Shown here piece by piece: positions 1-10,656 of a DNA stretch of 64,000 nucleotides; the stretch's first letter is position 1; each line of letters begins with the position of its first letter. Where the stretch lies: assembly GCA_965203515.1 (NCBI GenBank), contig OZ241907.1, positions 2,016,001 to 2,080,000 on the forward strand, read 5' to 3'. A program made the translations under genes and the position numbers. The notes below the pieces were generated by a model, which saw only the letters and a list, made by a program, of their open reading frames with translations, searched no databases and was not told where the DNA came from. This DNA comes from Spirochaetia bacterium. Lineage in GTDB: Bacteria; Spirochaetota; Spirochaetia; SZUA-6; Bin103.

Positions 1-672
1 GGTGCGCTTGGGCTTGACCTTGACCATGGCGCGCGCGCCCGGCCGGTAGCGGCCCGCCGGATCCTTGGCCATCACGCCGTCCAGGCCGGCCCCTTCAAAC
101 CGCCGGAACCAGTCCTCCGCGACCGCCCGATCCCGCGTCATGGGGGTGAGATGGAGCGGCGGCGCGCAGCCGGCCAAGAGCTGCTCGAGCGCTGCGCGCC
201 GCTCGGCAAACCCGGCCGACGACAGATCGGCGCCGTCCGCGACCAGCACGTCGAACGCCACGAACGACGCCGGCGTGCGCTCCGCGAGCATGGCCACGCG
301 CGACGCGGCGGGATGGATGCGCTGCTGCAGCGCCGGGAAGTCGAGGCGCGAACCGGCAGCGACCACCACCTCGCCGTCCAGCACGCACCGCGGCGGCAGC
401 TGCGCCGCCAGCGGCTCCAGGAGCTCCGGAAAGTAGCGGTTCATCGGCTTCAGATCGCGGCTCTGCAGGAGCAGCTCGGCGCCCGACCGGAAGACCAGCG
501 TGCGAAAGCCGTCCCACTTCGGCTCGAACATCCAGCCCTCGCCGGCGGGGCCATCCTGGGCCGGAAGGGCGTGCATCGCCTTCGCCAACATGGGCCGCAC
601 CGGGGGCGGCACGGCCAGCGCCGCCAGCGCGGCTCCCTCATCCGGCGCTCCCTCATCCGGCATTGCGCTCAT
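1..672 (-). CDS. ligC: ATP-dependent DNA ligase (LigC-like), runs off the left edge
   Basis: Manual minus-strand translation (absent from ORF track): PMLAK...FEPKWDGFR (KxDG adenylation motif)...FEGAGLDGVMAK...YRPGARAMVKVK; ATG overlaps the HAD stop (ATGA). Confidence 0.9.
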   Translation of the reverse strand, partial: MSAMPDEGAPDEGAALAALAVPPPVRPMLAKAMHALPAQDGPAGEGWMFEPKWDGFRTLVFRSGAELLLQSRDLKPMNRYFPELLEPLAAQLPPRCVLDGEVVVAAGSRLDFPALQQRIHPAASRVAMLAERTPASFVAFDVLVADGADLSSAGFAERRAALEQLLAGCAPPLHLTPMTRDRAVAEDWFRRFEGAGLDGVMAKDPAGRYRPGARAMVKVKPKRT

Positions 673-1352
673 CCGGCATCGCGCAACTCCGCGGGCGGCG
701 ACGCGGCCAGCCAGCCGCCCACCGCCTGCACGGTGACGCCGCGCAGGGAGTCGATGACCCGGTCGGCATGGTCGAACGGCCAGTCACGGGTGACGCCGTT
801 GGGTACGGCGACCACGTAGATGCCGGCCGCCTTGGCCGCCTGCGCGCCGTTCGGCGAATCCTCGAAGGCGGCCGCCTCCGACGCGCGGACCCCCAGACCG
901 TCCAGAGCGGCCAGATAGAGATCGGGCGCCGGCTTGGTCCGCCGCACGTCGTCGCGGCAACGGACCGCGTGGAACGCGTCCAGCGCGCCGATACGCTGCA
1001 GATGGCCCTCGACCCAGCGGCGCGACGCGGACGACGCCACCGCCAGCCGCAAGCCCTGCGCCGCGGCGGCCCTGATCAGCTCCACCACGCCGGGGCGCGG
1101 GCCGAGCCGCGCGACCGCGGCGCGGTGGCGGACCTCCTGCTCCGCGCGCACCGCGGTCAGGTCGACCTCCGGTCCGACCAGCCGCTGCAGATGGCCGTAG
1201 GGATCGACGGTGGCGCCCACGCACCGCCGCCACTGCTCGGACGGCAACTCGAAGCCGTGACGGCGATACGCCTCCTGCGCGACCGCCAACGAGGAGGTCT
1301 CCGTGTCGACGATCAGCCCGTCGAAGTCGAAGATCAGAGCGCGCAGAGCCAT
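669..1352 (-). CDS. HAD-superfamily hydrolase (HAD-IA)
   Basis: FDFDGLIVDTE, KPAPDLY and FEDSPNG motifs. Confidence 0.9.
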   Translation of the reverse strand: MALRALIFDFDGLIVDTETSSLAVAQEAYRRHGFELPSEQWRRCVGATVDPYGHLQRLVGPEVDLTAVRAEQEVRHRAAVARLGPRPGVVELIRAAAAQGLRLAVASSASRRWVEGHLQRIGALDAFHAVRCRDDVRRTKPAPDLYLAALDGLGVRASEAAAFEDSPNGAQAAKAAGIYVVAVPNGVTRDWPFDHADRVIDSLRGVTVQAVGGWLAASPPAELRDAG

Positions 1353-1429
1353 GGTTTGCCGGCCCGATCCTACCGTCTCCGGCGCCTGTCCGACAGCATG
1401 GCCTGTCCGCAGGGTGTATCCTGCAGCGC

Positions 1430-2572
1430 ATGCAGATCGCCGACCTCAGGCTGACCACCTTCCGCTACCGCTCCCGGACCGTCCGCGACTACGAGGGCCA
1501 TCCCCATCCCGGCCAGGAGCATTGGGCCGTCAACCGCCTGCTCACCGTGGTCACCGACCAGGGGGCCATGGGCCACTTCGTGTCCGGCGGCTGCACGCCG
1601 GAGCTGGTCGACGGCCTGCTGAAGCCGGCGCTCCTCGGCGAGGACCCCTTCTTCCGCGAGCTGCTGCACCAGCGCCTGCAGCGGATCGCCAAGCTCACCA
1701 ACCTGGGCGAGATGGCGATCGGCCAGGTCGACAACGCCCTGTGGGACCTGGCCGGCCGCACGCTCGGCATGCCGGTCTACAAGCTGCTGGGGGCGGCCCG
1801 CACCAAGGTGCTGGCCTACGCCAGCACGATGCCGGGCGACGACATCCCCGGCGGCTTGAGCACCATCGAGGAGTACGCCGCGTTCGCGGAGCGGCTCGTG
1901 GCGCAGGGCTACCGGGCCATCAAGCTGCACACCTGGATGCCGCCGATCGTGCCGGAGCCGGACGTCAAGCGTGAGGCGGCGCTGTGCGCGGCCGTGCGCG
2001 AGGCGGTCGGCCCCGACGTCGACCTGATGCTCGACGCGCACCATCACTACGACCGCCACGAGGCGCTCTATCTGGCCCGGGAGTGCCAGCGGCTGGGGTA
2101 CGTCTGGATCGAGGAGCCGATGAACGAGTCGCGGCTGGCCAGCTACGTCTGGTTGCGGAGCAAGCTGGACGATCTGGCGGTGTGCGGACCCGAGCACGCC
2201 GAAGGCGGGGCGCTCACGCGCGTGCAGTGGGCAGAGCGGGGCGGCTGTGACATGCTGCGCGCGGCCGCCGGCTCCGGCGGCGTCACGCAGATCATGAAGA
2301 CCATCCACCTGGCCGAGGCGTACGGCATGCGCATGGAGGTGCATGGCGGCGGCCCGGACAACCTGCACGCGCTGTGCGCGATGGGGATCAACGGCAAGTA
2401 CTACGAACGCGGGCTGGTCCACCCGCTGCGGGAGTTCGAGGTCCCGTTCCCGTGGCAGAAGACCCATTACGACCCGCTGGACGCCGACGGGTACGTGCAC
2501 GTGCCGGAGCGCCCCGGCCTGGGCGACGACATCGACTTCGACTTCATTCGCGAGCACGAGATCGCTTCCTGA
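1430..2572 (+). CDS. Mandelate racemase/muconate lactonizing enzyme family (enolase superfamily)
   Basis: DNALWDLAGR..GMPVYKLLG, IKLH, LMLDA, WIEEP, PERPGLG. Confidence 0.9.
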   Translation: MQIADLRLTTFRYRSRTVRDYEGHPHPGQEHWAVNRLLTVVTDQGAMGHFVSGGCTPELVDGLLKPALLGEDPFFRELLHQRLQRIAKLTNLGEMAIGQVDNALWDLAGRTLGMPVYKLLGAARTKVLAYASTMPGDDIPGGLSTIEEYAAFAERLVAQGYRAIKLHTWMPPIVPEPDVKREAALCAAVREAVGPDVDLMLDAHHHYDRHEALYLARECQRLGYVWIEEPMNESRLASYVWLRSKLDDLAVCGPEHAEGGALTRVQWAERGGCDMLRAAAGSGGVTQIMKTIHLAEAYGMRMEVHGGGPDNLHALCAMGINGKYYERGLVHPLREFEVPFPWQKTHYDPLDADGYVHVPERPGLGDDIDFDFIREHEIAS

Positions 2573-2575
2573 TCG

Positions 2576-3553
2576 ATGGCGAACCTGCCGCAGGCCGAGC
2601 GGGCGGCCGATGCCGCCGGGGCCGACTACCGGCGGGTCCTACGCCGCCAGACGATCGCGCGGGCGTTGCGCATGCGGCCGGTCTACCTGCTGCTGTCGAT
2701 CTCGCTGGCCATGGTGATCCTGTGGCGATACGTGCCGATCTACGGCCTCAGCCTGGCGTTCAAGGACTTCAGCCTGCACGACGGCTGGCTCGGCAGTCCC
2801 TGGAACGGCTTCGACCACTTCAAGCGGCTGCTCACCGACCCGTTCTTCGGACGGGCGCTGTTCAACACGGTCTGGCTCAGCATCCTGCGCATCCTCTTCG
2901 CGTTTCCCGCTCCCATCATCATGGCATTGCTCCTCAACGAGATGCGATCGCCCTGGTACAAGCGGACGGTACAGAGCGTGAGCTACCTGCCGCACTTCGT
3001 CTCCTGGGTGATCCTGGGCGGCATCTTCGCGCAGATACTCAATGTCAAGCGCGGACCGATCGCCTGGACGTTCGTGCAACTCGGCCTGGAGCCGATCAAC
3101 TGGCTCACGCATGAGCCGACCTTTCGCGGCCTGCTGGTGGTGACCGGCATCTGGCAGAGCGTGGGCTGGGGGACGATCCTGTACCTGGCCGCGCTGGCGT
3201 CGGTCGATCCCAACCTGTACGAGGCGGCCGAGATCGACGGCGCCAACCGCCTGCGCAAGGTGCTGCACGTCACCCTGCCGGCGCTCGTGCCGGTCATGGC
3301 CGTCCTGTTGCTGCTGCAGGTCGGTAACCTGTTCGACGACCAGTTCGACCAAGTCTTCAACATGGCCAACGCCTCGGTCATGGCCAAGGCCGACATCTTC
3401 GGCACGTTGATCTACCGGTCCGGCGTGGTGAACGCGCAGTACGACTATACGATCGCGGTGGGCCTGTTCCAGAACGTGGCCGGGCTCATCGTGCTGCTGT
3501 TCGCCAATTGGGTGTTCCGCCGCATCGGCTACGGCGCCTACGCGCTCTGGTAA
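2576..3553 (+). CDS. Carbohydrate ABC transporter permease (LplB-like)
   Basis: SVSYLPHFVSWV, EAA loop LYEAAEIDGANR, several TM segments. Confidence 0.92.
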   Translation: MANLPQAERAADAAGADYRRVLRRQTIARALRMRPVYLLLSISLAMVILWRYVPIYGLSLAFKDFSLHDGWLGSPWNGFDHFKRLLTDPFFGRALFNTVWLSILRILFAFPAPIIMALLLNEMRSPWYKRTVQSVSYLPHFVSWVILGGIFAQILNVKRGPIAWTFVQLGLEPINWLTHEPTFRGLLVVTGIWQSVGWGTILYLAALASVDPNLYEAAEIDGANRLRKVLHVTLPALVPVMAVLLLLQVGNLFDDQFDQVFNMANASVMAKADIFGTLIYRSGVVNAQYDYTIAVGLFQNVAGLIVLLFANWVFRRIGYGAYALW

Positions 3554-3569
3554 GGCGAGCGGCTCCATC

Positions 3570-4493
3570 ATGCCTTCGGTCATCGGCAAGCGGTCGCCCG
3601 GCGGTCTGATCTTCGACGTCTGCAACTACGGGTTCTTCTTTCTGATCAGCCTGACCTTCATCTACCCGTTCTGGATGATCATCATGCAGTCGTTCTCCTC
3701 GGCCGAGGACGTCTATCGACTCGGCTTCCACCTCTTTCCGCGGCGTTTCAGCACCGAGGCGTGGGGGTACGCGGTCGAGGAGGAGCGGGTCGGACTCGCC
3801 TACTTCAACACCATCTTCCGCGTGCTGGCCGGCACCGCGTGGGCCGTGTTCGTCACCTTCACCGGCGCCTACGCGCTGGCCAAGCGCGACCTGCCCGGGC
3901 GGCGGGCGCTGACCATCCTCTACGTCCTCACCCTGTTCTTCTCAGGCGGCCTGATCCCCACCTATCTGCTGGTGCGCGGGCTGGGACTGATCAACACGCG
4001 GCTGATCCTGACGATCTCCATGGGCAGCGCGGTGGCCATAGGCGTCAACGTCTTCTTCGTCATCATCGCCCGCAACTTCCTGATGACGATCGATCAGGCG
4101 CTGGAGGATTCGGCGATGATCGACGGCGCCTCCTACTGGCAGGTGCTGTGGCGCATCGTCACGCCGCTCTCCAAGCCGGCCATCGCCGTCATCGCGCTGT
4201 TCGCGGCGGTCGCGCACTGGAACGGCTGGTTCGACGCGATGGTGTATGCGCGGAGCAGGGATCTGCGCGTGCTGCAGCTGATGATCCGCGACCTGATCGC
4301 CGACCTGCAGGTCGCGGCGCTGGAGGACTGGTGGGAGCAGCTGCGGCTGGCCGGCGTCGACATCGAGCCGTTCCCGCCGGAGGCGGTGCAGGCGGCCACC
4401 ATCGTCATCACCATCGGGCCGATCATCTTCATCTACCCGTTCATCCAGAAGTACTTCGCCAAGGGGGTGATGCTCGGATCGCTGAAGGGATGA
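3570..4493 (+). CDS. Carbohydrate ABC transporter permease (LplC-like)
   Basis: FSGGLIPTY, EDSAMIDGA, C-terminal QKYFAKGVMLGSLKG. Confidence 0.92.
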   Translation: MPSVIGKRSPGGLIFDVCNYGFFFLISLTFIYPFWMIIMQSFSSAEDVYRLGFHLFPRRFSTEAWGYAVEEERVGLAYFNTIFRVLAGTAWAVFVTFTGAYALAKRDLPGRRALTILYVLTLFFSGGLIPTYLLVRGLGLINTRLILTISMGSAVAIGVNVFFVIIARNFLMTIDQALEDSAMIDGASYWQVLWRIVTPLSKPAIAVIALFAAVAHWNGWFDAMVYARSRDLRVLQLMIRDLIADLQVAALEDWWEQLRLAGVDIEPFPPEAVQAATIVITIGPIIFIYPFIQKYFAKGVMLGSLKG

Positions 4494-4609
4494 GTACGAG
4501 CGGCAATGGAGGTCCGCAACCGTTATGCTGTCCGTGCAGACCGGACCCGGCCCGGGCCGCCGCCGGAACCACGAACGACGTGCGCAGCACGATCAGAAGA
4601 GGAGAACCC

Positions 4610-6427
4610 ATGCATCGAAAGAGACTCGCCATGGCGCTCGCACTGCTCATGACGGCAGGCTGGGCGTTTGCCGAGGGCCAGACCGAGAACGACCGGCTCT
4701 CGTTCACCACCGACGACCACATGACCATCTCGTGGGGCGGCCTCACCTCGGAACTGACCGAGGAGGGGAATCCGGTCCAGCGGCACCTGGAGGAGAAGTT
4801 CAACGTCACCATCGTGACCGCGGGCGTGTCGCGCTCGGACGAGGAGGCCAAGCAGCTCTTCATGTCCTCGGGCGAATATCCGGAGGCGTTCTACACCTGG
4901 ATCGACATGGTCGACTGGTTCCACAAGGGCGCCTTCCGCACCATTCCCCGCGACATGATCGAGACCTACGCGCCGCTGCACTCCGCCTACCGGAGCCAAC
5001 AGGGGCCGCTGGCCTGGGGCGTGAGCCTGGCGCCGGGGACTACCGACGAATACATGAACATCCCGCGCGGGGAGCACTACCAGCACCACTGCGACGCCGT
5101 CCTGATCATGCGCCTGGACTGGCTGGAGAAGATCGGCATCGACCCGTTCGCGCTGGATCCCAAGGCTCCCGGCTGGGACCGCGCCGGAGAGAAGATCGAC
5201 CTGGGCGAGCCGACGGCGCCGGATACCTACTTCTGGTGGGCCGGCCACTTCGACTGGGACGAGATGGAACGGGCCATGTACGGCTTCCGCGATGCCGACT
5301 TCAACGGCAACGGCAAGCGTGACGAGATCCCGTACGGCACCATCGGCGACAGCGGCGGATTTCAGGGACGCGAGTGGCTGTACCACTCGGGGCCGGCGGT
5401 CCCGTTCTGGGCCTACGGCGTCAACGACGTCGACAACTACCTGGACGACGAGACCGGGCTGACCGTCAAGGTCGACATCGCCTCACAATCGCGCGAGGCG
5501 CTGAAGATCCTGCAGCGCTGGTTCGCCGACGGCATCCTGGACCCGGCGCTGCCGGCGGTCGATCGCAACGAGTGGCGCCAGCAGGTGCGGGCCGGGCTGG
5601 TCGGCATGTGGGCGCGCGGTCCGTGCGGACTGTCGGCCTTCACCGGCGGCAACGACGACTGCACGATCATCCGCAGCGAGGTGCCCGACGCGCGCTTCGT
5701 GAACATGCTGCCGGCGTACGGCCCGACCGGAAAGATGCGCTGCCAGTGGGACAACCGCGCCACGGTGCTCAATCCGCACGAAGGCTTCTCGGTAAAGACC
5801 GGCGTCTCCGACGAGAAGCTGGCCCGCATCCTGCAGATCTACGACTACGTGAATCACGACCCGGAGGGTACGCTGGTTTCCGGTTACGGGGTCGGCGGCC
5901 CGTTTGCCGAGGATGCGAACTACTCCTGGCTGGGCACTCCGGGTGACTGCAGCGTCTCCCAGCTGATTCGAACCCCCACCAACCGGCGAAACACCGACGG
6001 CTTCGGCCTGATCTACAACGCCTATAGCTGGCACGACCAGTTCTGGCTGTGCCCGCAGATGAAGAACGGGCTGCCGATCGAGGCCGCCGGCGGGGCGACC
6101 ATCAATGCGGCGCAGGGCATCAACTGGGCCATGATGCTGCGCGAGCCGTACACGATGGAGATCGCCGTGCGCGACCACCGCGAGGACATCTTCAACCGCA
6201 CCGACTACGTCAAGCTCTGGGCCCGCTACGGCGGCAACCTGCAGGCGTTCCGCGAGGAGACCTGGTGGAAGTGGGTGACCGACAGCTCGATCGACATCGA
6301 CGCCGAATGGCCCGGCTTCGTCGAGCAGTGGCTGGCCAACGGCGGCCAGGAAGTGATCGACGAGCTGCAGAAGGCTCCGCTGGTGGAGGACATCCTCAGC
6401 GGCGCGCTGCCGATGCCGACCAACTGA
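4610..6427 (+). CDS. ABC transporter extracellular solute-binding protein
   Basis: GAGGAG RBS before ATG 4610 (MHRKRLAMALALL signal peptide); LEEKFNV, MRLDWLEKIG; follows two permeases. Confidence 0.85.
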   Translation: MHRKRLAMALALLMTAGWAFAEGQTENDRLSFTTDDHMTISWGGLTSELTEEGNPVQRHLEEKFNVTIVTAGVSRSDEEAKQLFMSSGEYPEAFYTWIDMVDWFHKGAFRTIPRDMIETYAPLHSAYRSQQGPLAWGVSLAPGTTDEYMNIPRGEHYQHHCDAVLIMRLDWLEKIGIDPFALDPKAPGWDRAGEKIDLGEPTAPDTYFWWAGHFDWDEMERAMYGFRDADFNGNGKRDEIPYGTIGDSGGFQGREWLYHSGPAVPFWAYGVNDVDNYLDDETGLTVKVDIASQSREALKILQRWFADGILDPALPAVDRNEWRQQVRAGLVGMWARGPCGLSAFTGGNDDCTIIRSEVPDARFVNMLPAYGPTGKMRCQWDNRATVLNPHEGFSVKTGVSDEKLARILQIYDYVNHDPEGTLVSGYGVGGPFAEDANYSWLGTPGDCSVSQLIRTPTNRRNTDGFGLIYNAYSWHDQFWLCPQMKNGLPIEAAGGATINAAQGINWAMMLREPYTMEIAVRDHREDIFNRTDYVKLWARYGGNLQAFREETWWKWVTDSSIDIDAEWPGFVEQWLANGGQEVIDELQKAPLVEDILSGALPMPTN

Positions 6428-6440
6428 TCCGCTCGGACAC

Positions 6441-6468
6441 GGGTGAGCCGGCCGACGCCGGCTCACCC
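6441..6468. terminator. Hairpin between convergent genes
   Basis: GGGTGAGCCGGC-CGAC-GCCGGCTCACCC perfect 12-bp stem. Confidence 0.55.
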
Positions 6469-6469
6469 G

Positions 6470-6976
6470 CTACGACGGCATGCCGAGCTTGCTGAGCTTG
6501 GGAGCGATCACGATGCGGCAGTAGCCGGCGCGGCGGTTCTGGTTGTAGTAGTTCCGGTGGTAGCGCTCGGCCGGATAGAACGCTTCCAGCGGGACGATCT
6601 CCGTGACGATCGGCTTGCGGAACCGCCCGCCGGCCCGCTCCCTGGAGCGGACGGCGACCTCCCGCTGGCGGTCGTCGTGGTAGCAGATGATCGACCGGTA
6701 CTGCGTGCCGACGTCCGCTCCCTGGCGGTTCGGCGTGGTGGGATCGTGCGCGCGCCAGAAGACCTCCAGGATATCGGCGTAGGAGACCGCGCGCTCGTCG
6801 AACTCGATCTGCACCACCTCGGCGTGGCCGGTGTTGCCGGCGCACACCGCCTCGTACGTGGGATTGCGCTGCTTGCCGCCGGCGTAACCCGACGTCACCC
6901 GCCGGACCCCGGCGGTGCGCTGATAGACCGCCTCCACGCACCAGAAACATCCGCCGCCCAGCGTCGCCGCCGCCAT
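6470..6976 (-). CDS. msrA: Peptide-methionine (S)-S-oxide reductase
   Basis: GGGCFWCVE, GHAEVVQ, FYPAERYH. Confidence 0.95.
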   Translation of the reverse strand: MAAATLGGGCFWCVEAVYQRTAGVRRVTSGYAGGKQRNPTYEAVCAGNTGHAEVVQIEFDERAVSYADILEVFWRAHDPTTPNRQGADVGTQYRSIICYHDDRQREVAVRSRERAGGRFRKPIVTEIVPLEAFYPAERYHRNYYNQNRRAGYCRIVIAPKLSKLGMPS

Positions 6977-7144
6977 CTCCTCAGCCTCCTGCCGCCTGCC
7001 GTGCCGGTGATGCTATCGCCCTGCCGCACCCCATGGCCAGAGCGGGCCAGAGCGCAGCGGCGACTCGGCGAAATCGACGCGAACGTGCGAATGGACGCGG
7101 CTCCTGCCGGGCGGATAGGCTGACGGCCAGCCGAGACTCCCCGC

Positions 7145-7804
7145 ATGCCGACCCCAGTCGACCGGCGCAGCCGCGCCGCCAAGGCCGCCTTCATCGTCGA
7201 AGCGCTCGACGATCTGATCGGCGACGTACCGATCCCGCTCCGGCACCGGGACCCGTTCACCCTGCTGGTGGCGGTGATCCTGTCCGGGCAGAGCACCGAC
7301 GCCAAGGTCAACCAGATCACCCCGGAGCTGTTCGCCCTCGCCGACACGCCGGCGGCGATGGCCGCCCTGCCGGTCGCCGCCATCGAAGACGTCATCCGGC
7401 CGTGCGGGCTGGCGCCGAGCAAGGCGCGCAACATCGGCGAGACCTCGCGCATGCTGCTGGACCGCCACGGCGGTCAGGTGCCGCGCACCCAGCCGGAGCT
7501 GGAGGCGTTGCCCGGCGTCGGTCCCAAGACCGCGCAGGTCGTGCTGGCGCAAGCGTTCGGCGCGGACGCGTTCCCGGTCGACACCCACATCCACCGCCTG
7601 GCGTACCGCTGGGGGCTGTCGACCGGCCGCAGCGTCGCCCGCACCGAACGCGATCTCAAGCGCGCCTTTCCCCGGCGGCTCTGGAGCCGCCTGCACCTGC
7701 AGATCATCATCTTCGGCCGCACCCACTGTCCGGCGCGCCGCCACCGGCCGGCCGAATGTCCGATCTGCGGCGTCGTCGGCCGCCGCGGCCTCCAACCCTC
7801 CTGA
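7145..7804 (+). CDS. nth: Endonuclease III
   Basis: HhH motif LPGVGPKTA, VDTHIHR, C-terminal Cys cluster. Confidence 0.93.
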   Translation: MPTPVDRRSRAAKAAFIVEALDDLIGDVPIPLRHRDPFTLLVAVILSGQSTDAKVNQITPELFALADTPAAMAALPVAAIEDVIRPCGLAPSKARNIGETSRMLLDRHGGQVPRTQPELEALPGVGPKTAQVVLAQAFGADAFPVDTHIHRLAYRWGLSTGRSVARTERDLKRAFPRRLWSRLHLQIIIFGRTHCPARRHRPAECPICGVVGRRGLQPS

Positions 7805-7844
7805 CCGGCGGCGCGGCACTCGCCCGGCCGGAGACCGGAGAGCC

Positions 7845-8603
7845 TCAGGCGGTCCCGTCCGCCATGAACACCTCGGCGTCCGGGACGACGCGCGCATACG
7901 GCAGACCGGGATTGACCAGCGCGTCGCGCACGATGCGGCGGTTGAAGTCGTGCACGTCCGCCGAGCCGAGATAGTCGTCGACCGGCATCCAGAAGCACTC
8001 CTCGATCTCGCTCGCCTGGATGACGATCTTTCGGGTGAGCGGCGCGAGCCGGCAGACGACGTACAGGTCGGAGTGATCGAACGCTCCGGTGTGACGGTGC
8101 CGCACGGAATTGATCGCCAGGAAGCGGGTGCGCACGCCGGTCTCCTCGAACACCTCGCGCACTACCCCGTCGGCGAGGTCCTCGCGGTGGTGCAGCAGGC
8201 CGCCGGGGAGCTTGTAGTAGGGCCGGCTCATGTCGCCGCGGTAGCGCTCGCTCACCACCAGCACCCGGCGCCGGTCGTCGATCACCACCCCGCCCGCGCC
8301 GACGTAGTGCGACGCGCCGGGATAGACGAAGCTGTCCGGCAGCGGCGCCAGCGTCAGCGTGACCGCCTCCGGCCGCGCGTGGTGGAACACGAAGCCGGCG
8401 GCGACCGCGGCCGGAATCAACGCGGCGGCCGACAGCGGCACTTCCAGCCACAGCACCTTGTGGCCGGCGCGCCAGGCGGGCAGGGCGCGGCTGAGCTGCT
8501 CCCGGAACTCGGACGCTGACGCCGGCAGGCTGCCGGCGTCGATGACGAAGTCTCCGTAGCGGTTGCCGGCGCCGCTGAGCCGGCCGGATCCGTCGGTCGC
8601 CAT
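7845..8603 (-). CDS. NUDIX hydrolase (NUDT6-like N-terminal extension)
   Basis: Nudix box GG..HHREDLADGVVREVFEETG; N-terminal VLWLEVP...GFVFHHA. Confidence 0.88.
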   Translation of the reverse strand: MATDGSGRLSGAGNRYGDFVIDAGSLPASASEFREQLSRALPAWRAGHKVLWLEVPLSAAALIPAAVAAGFVFHHARPEAVTLTLAPLPDSFVYPGASHYVGAGGVVIDDRRRVLVVSERYRGDMSRPYYKLPGGLLHHREDLADGVVREVFEETGVRTRFLAINSVRHRHTGAFDHSDLYVVCRLAPLTRKIVIQASEIEECFWMPVDDYLGSADVHDFNRRIVRDALVNPGLPYARVVPDAEVFMADGTA

Positions 8604-8715
8604 CCGTTGCAGTCTACACCGAGCGAGCGGGCGCGCCGGAGCAGCGGCTTGCCCGCGCGCCGGCCCCGGCGTACGTTTGCGTCAGCCGCGCTGACCGGGC
8701 GCGGGAGGGGGACCG

Positions 8716-9765
8716 ATGGCCGAGCAGGGCAGCACCGCAGTCATGACGCGTGGCCGCGCCGGGAAGCGCACCTTTCCCGGCATCAGCTCGCGCACGTGGG
8801 AGCATCCCGCGGACCGCGCCGCGCTGAACGCGCTGAAGAAGATACCGGGGTTCGACGAGCTGTTGCGCAAGTTCATCGGTTCGACCACCGAGCGCTCGTT
8901 GCGCCTCCTGCACCTCGCCTCCGCCGTCCGCGTCGACGACCGGCAGTTTCCGCGTATCAACGTCCTGCTGCAGGAAGCGAGCGCCTGCCTGGACGCCGAG
9001 CGGACGCCGGAGCTGTACGTCGTACAGTACCCGATCCTCAACGGCACCATCATCGGCGTCGACCGGCCGTTCATCACGCTCACCAGCTCCATCGTCGAAA
9101 CGATGAGCGACGACGAACTGATCGCCGTGATCGGGCATGAGCTGGGCCACTGTCTGAGCGGACATGCCCTCTACAAGACGCTGCTGGCCATGCTCCTGCA
9201 GGTATCGATGTCCTACGTGCGGGTCGGCCAGCTCATCGTACTGCCGATCCTGCTGGCGCTGCTGGAGTGGGACCGCAAGAGCGAGATGAGCGCCGACCGC
9301 GCCGGACTGCTGGTCTGTCAGGAGACCGGCGGCAGCTACGACCTGCTCATGAAGCTGTCGGGCGGGGGCGACACCACCCAGCTCAACGTCGGCGCGTTCT
9401 TCGAGCAGGCGGAGGAGTACCGCAAGGACACCGGCTTCCTGGATCAGGTCTACAAGGTGCTCAATCTGCTGGGGCAGCGGCACCCCTTCGCCGTGCTGCG
9501 GCTCACCGAGCTCAAGACCTGGGTCGACGCCGGCGCCTACCAATCGATCCTGGACGGCGACTACGTGCGGCGCGGCCAGGAGCCGGACGACACCGCCGCC
9601 GACTTCCAGGAAGCGGCCGACAGCTACAAGGACGGGTTCGAGAAGGCCAAGGCGACCGTGTGGGACGGGATCGACTCGATCCGCGGCACGCTCGACGGGC
9701 TGTTCAAGCGCCCGGAGCGCACGGAGCGCGCCGCGAAGGACGGCGGCCCGGAGAGCGGCGCGTAA
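8716..9765 (+). CDS. M48 family zinc metallopeptidase
   Basis: GHELGH, EMSADRAG, HPF. Confidence 0.9.
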   Translation: MAEQGSTAVMTRGRAGKRTFPGISSRTWEHPADRAALNALKKIPGFDELLRKFIGSTTERSLRLLHLASAVRVDDRQFPRINVLLQEASACLDAERTPELYVVQYPILNGTIIGVDRPFITLTSSIVETMSDDELIAVIGHELGHCLSGHALYKTLLAMLLQVSMSYVRVGQLIVLPILLALLEWDRKSEMSADRAGLLVCQETGGSYDLLMKLSGGGDTTQLNVGAFFEQAEEYRKDTGFLDQVYKVLNLLGQRHPFAVLRLTELKTWVDAGAYQSILDGDYVRRGQEPDDTAADFQEAADSYKDGFEKAKATVWDGIDSIRGTLDGLFKRPERTERAAKDGGPESGA

Positions 9766-9858
9766 AACGACCGCGCGCGCCGGCCGGCGGCAGCCGGCTG
9801 CCGGACACGCCGCCGGCGCGCCGCACCGGGCCAGCGCGCCAAGCCGGCGCGCATCGGT

Positions 9859-10608
9859 TCAGAGAGAGGCGTACAGCCGGCTTACCGCTTCGATGATGGT
9901 CTGCAGGTAGCGCCGCCCCGCCTCCGGCGTGGCGGACGCCGGGTCGTCGGTGTAGCCGGGGCCGATCCCCCAGTCGCGGTTCTGCTGCGCAAACGCGCCG
10001 GACTTGCCGGCCGGCAGGCCGACCCGTTCGCGGTCGACGGCCGGCAGGTCGGCCAGCACCTCCTGCCGCACCAGCTCCGGCCGGACCGCCATCACCATCG
10101 CGGTCTCGAAGTGGCCGGCGTGACCGGGCAGGCGCTCGTTGGCCAGGCCGCCGGCGACCAGCTCGGTCCGCGCCACGTCCCAGTAGGCGGCTGCGGACAC
10201 CCGGCCGGGCAGCCCGTACCGGTTGACCGCGTCCTGGGCGGCGACCTGATTGGCGGCGGTGTTGCCGCCGTGGCCGTTCAACAGCAGGATCCGCCGGTAC
10301 CCGGACAGGCTCAGCCCCTCGATCACGTCGCGGGTGGTCGCCAGGAAGACGTCCGATTGCAGCGACAGCACGCCGGGATGCGGGCGGTGATGGTGGGAGT
10401 TCCCATAGCAGACGGTAGGCGTGACCACCACGGAGCAGGACGCCGCCTCGGCGCTGCGGCGGGCCACCGTCTCCACCAGCAGCGTGTCGGTGACGACCGC
10501 CAAGTGCGGGCCGTGCTGTTCGATCGACGCGGTCGGCACGACCGCCAGCGAATCGGCAGCGCGGTCGGCGGCCTCCTGACGGGTGAGTTCGGCAAACAGG
10601 GTCAGCAT
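9859..10608 (-). CDS. Creatininase family protein
   Basis: EQHGPHL..TD, NGHGGN, HAGHFET. Confidence 0.92.
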   Translation of the reverse strand: MLTLFAELTRQEAADRAADSLAVVPTASIEQHGPHLAVVTDTLLVETVARRSAEAASCSVVVTPTVCYGNSHHHRPHPGVLSLQSDVFLATTRDVIEGLSLSGYRRILLLNGHGGNTAANQVAAQDAVNRYGLPGRVSAAAYWDVARTELVAGGLANERLPGHAGHFETAMVMAVRPELVRQEVLADLPAVDRERVGLPAGKSGAFAQQNRDWGIGPGYTDDPASATPEAGRRYLQTIIEAVSRLYASL

Positions 10609-10656
10609 TGGTCCTCCATTCGCATCATCATGCCATTCTCATCATTATAGCCGACG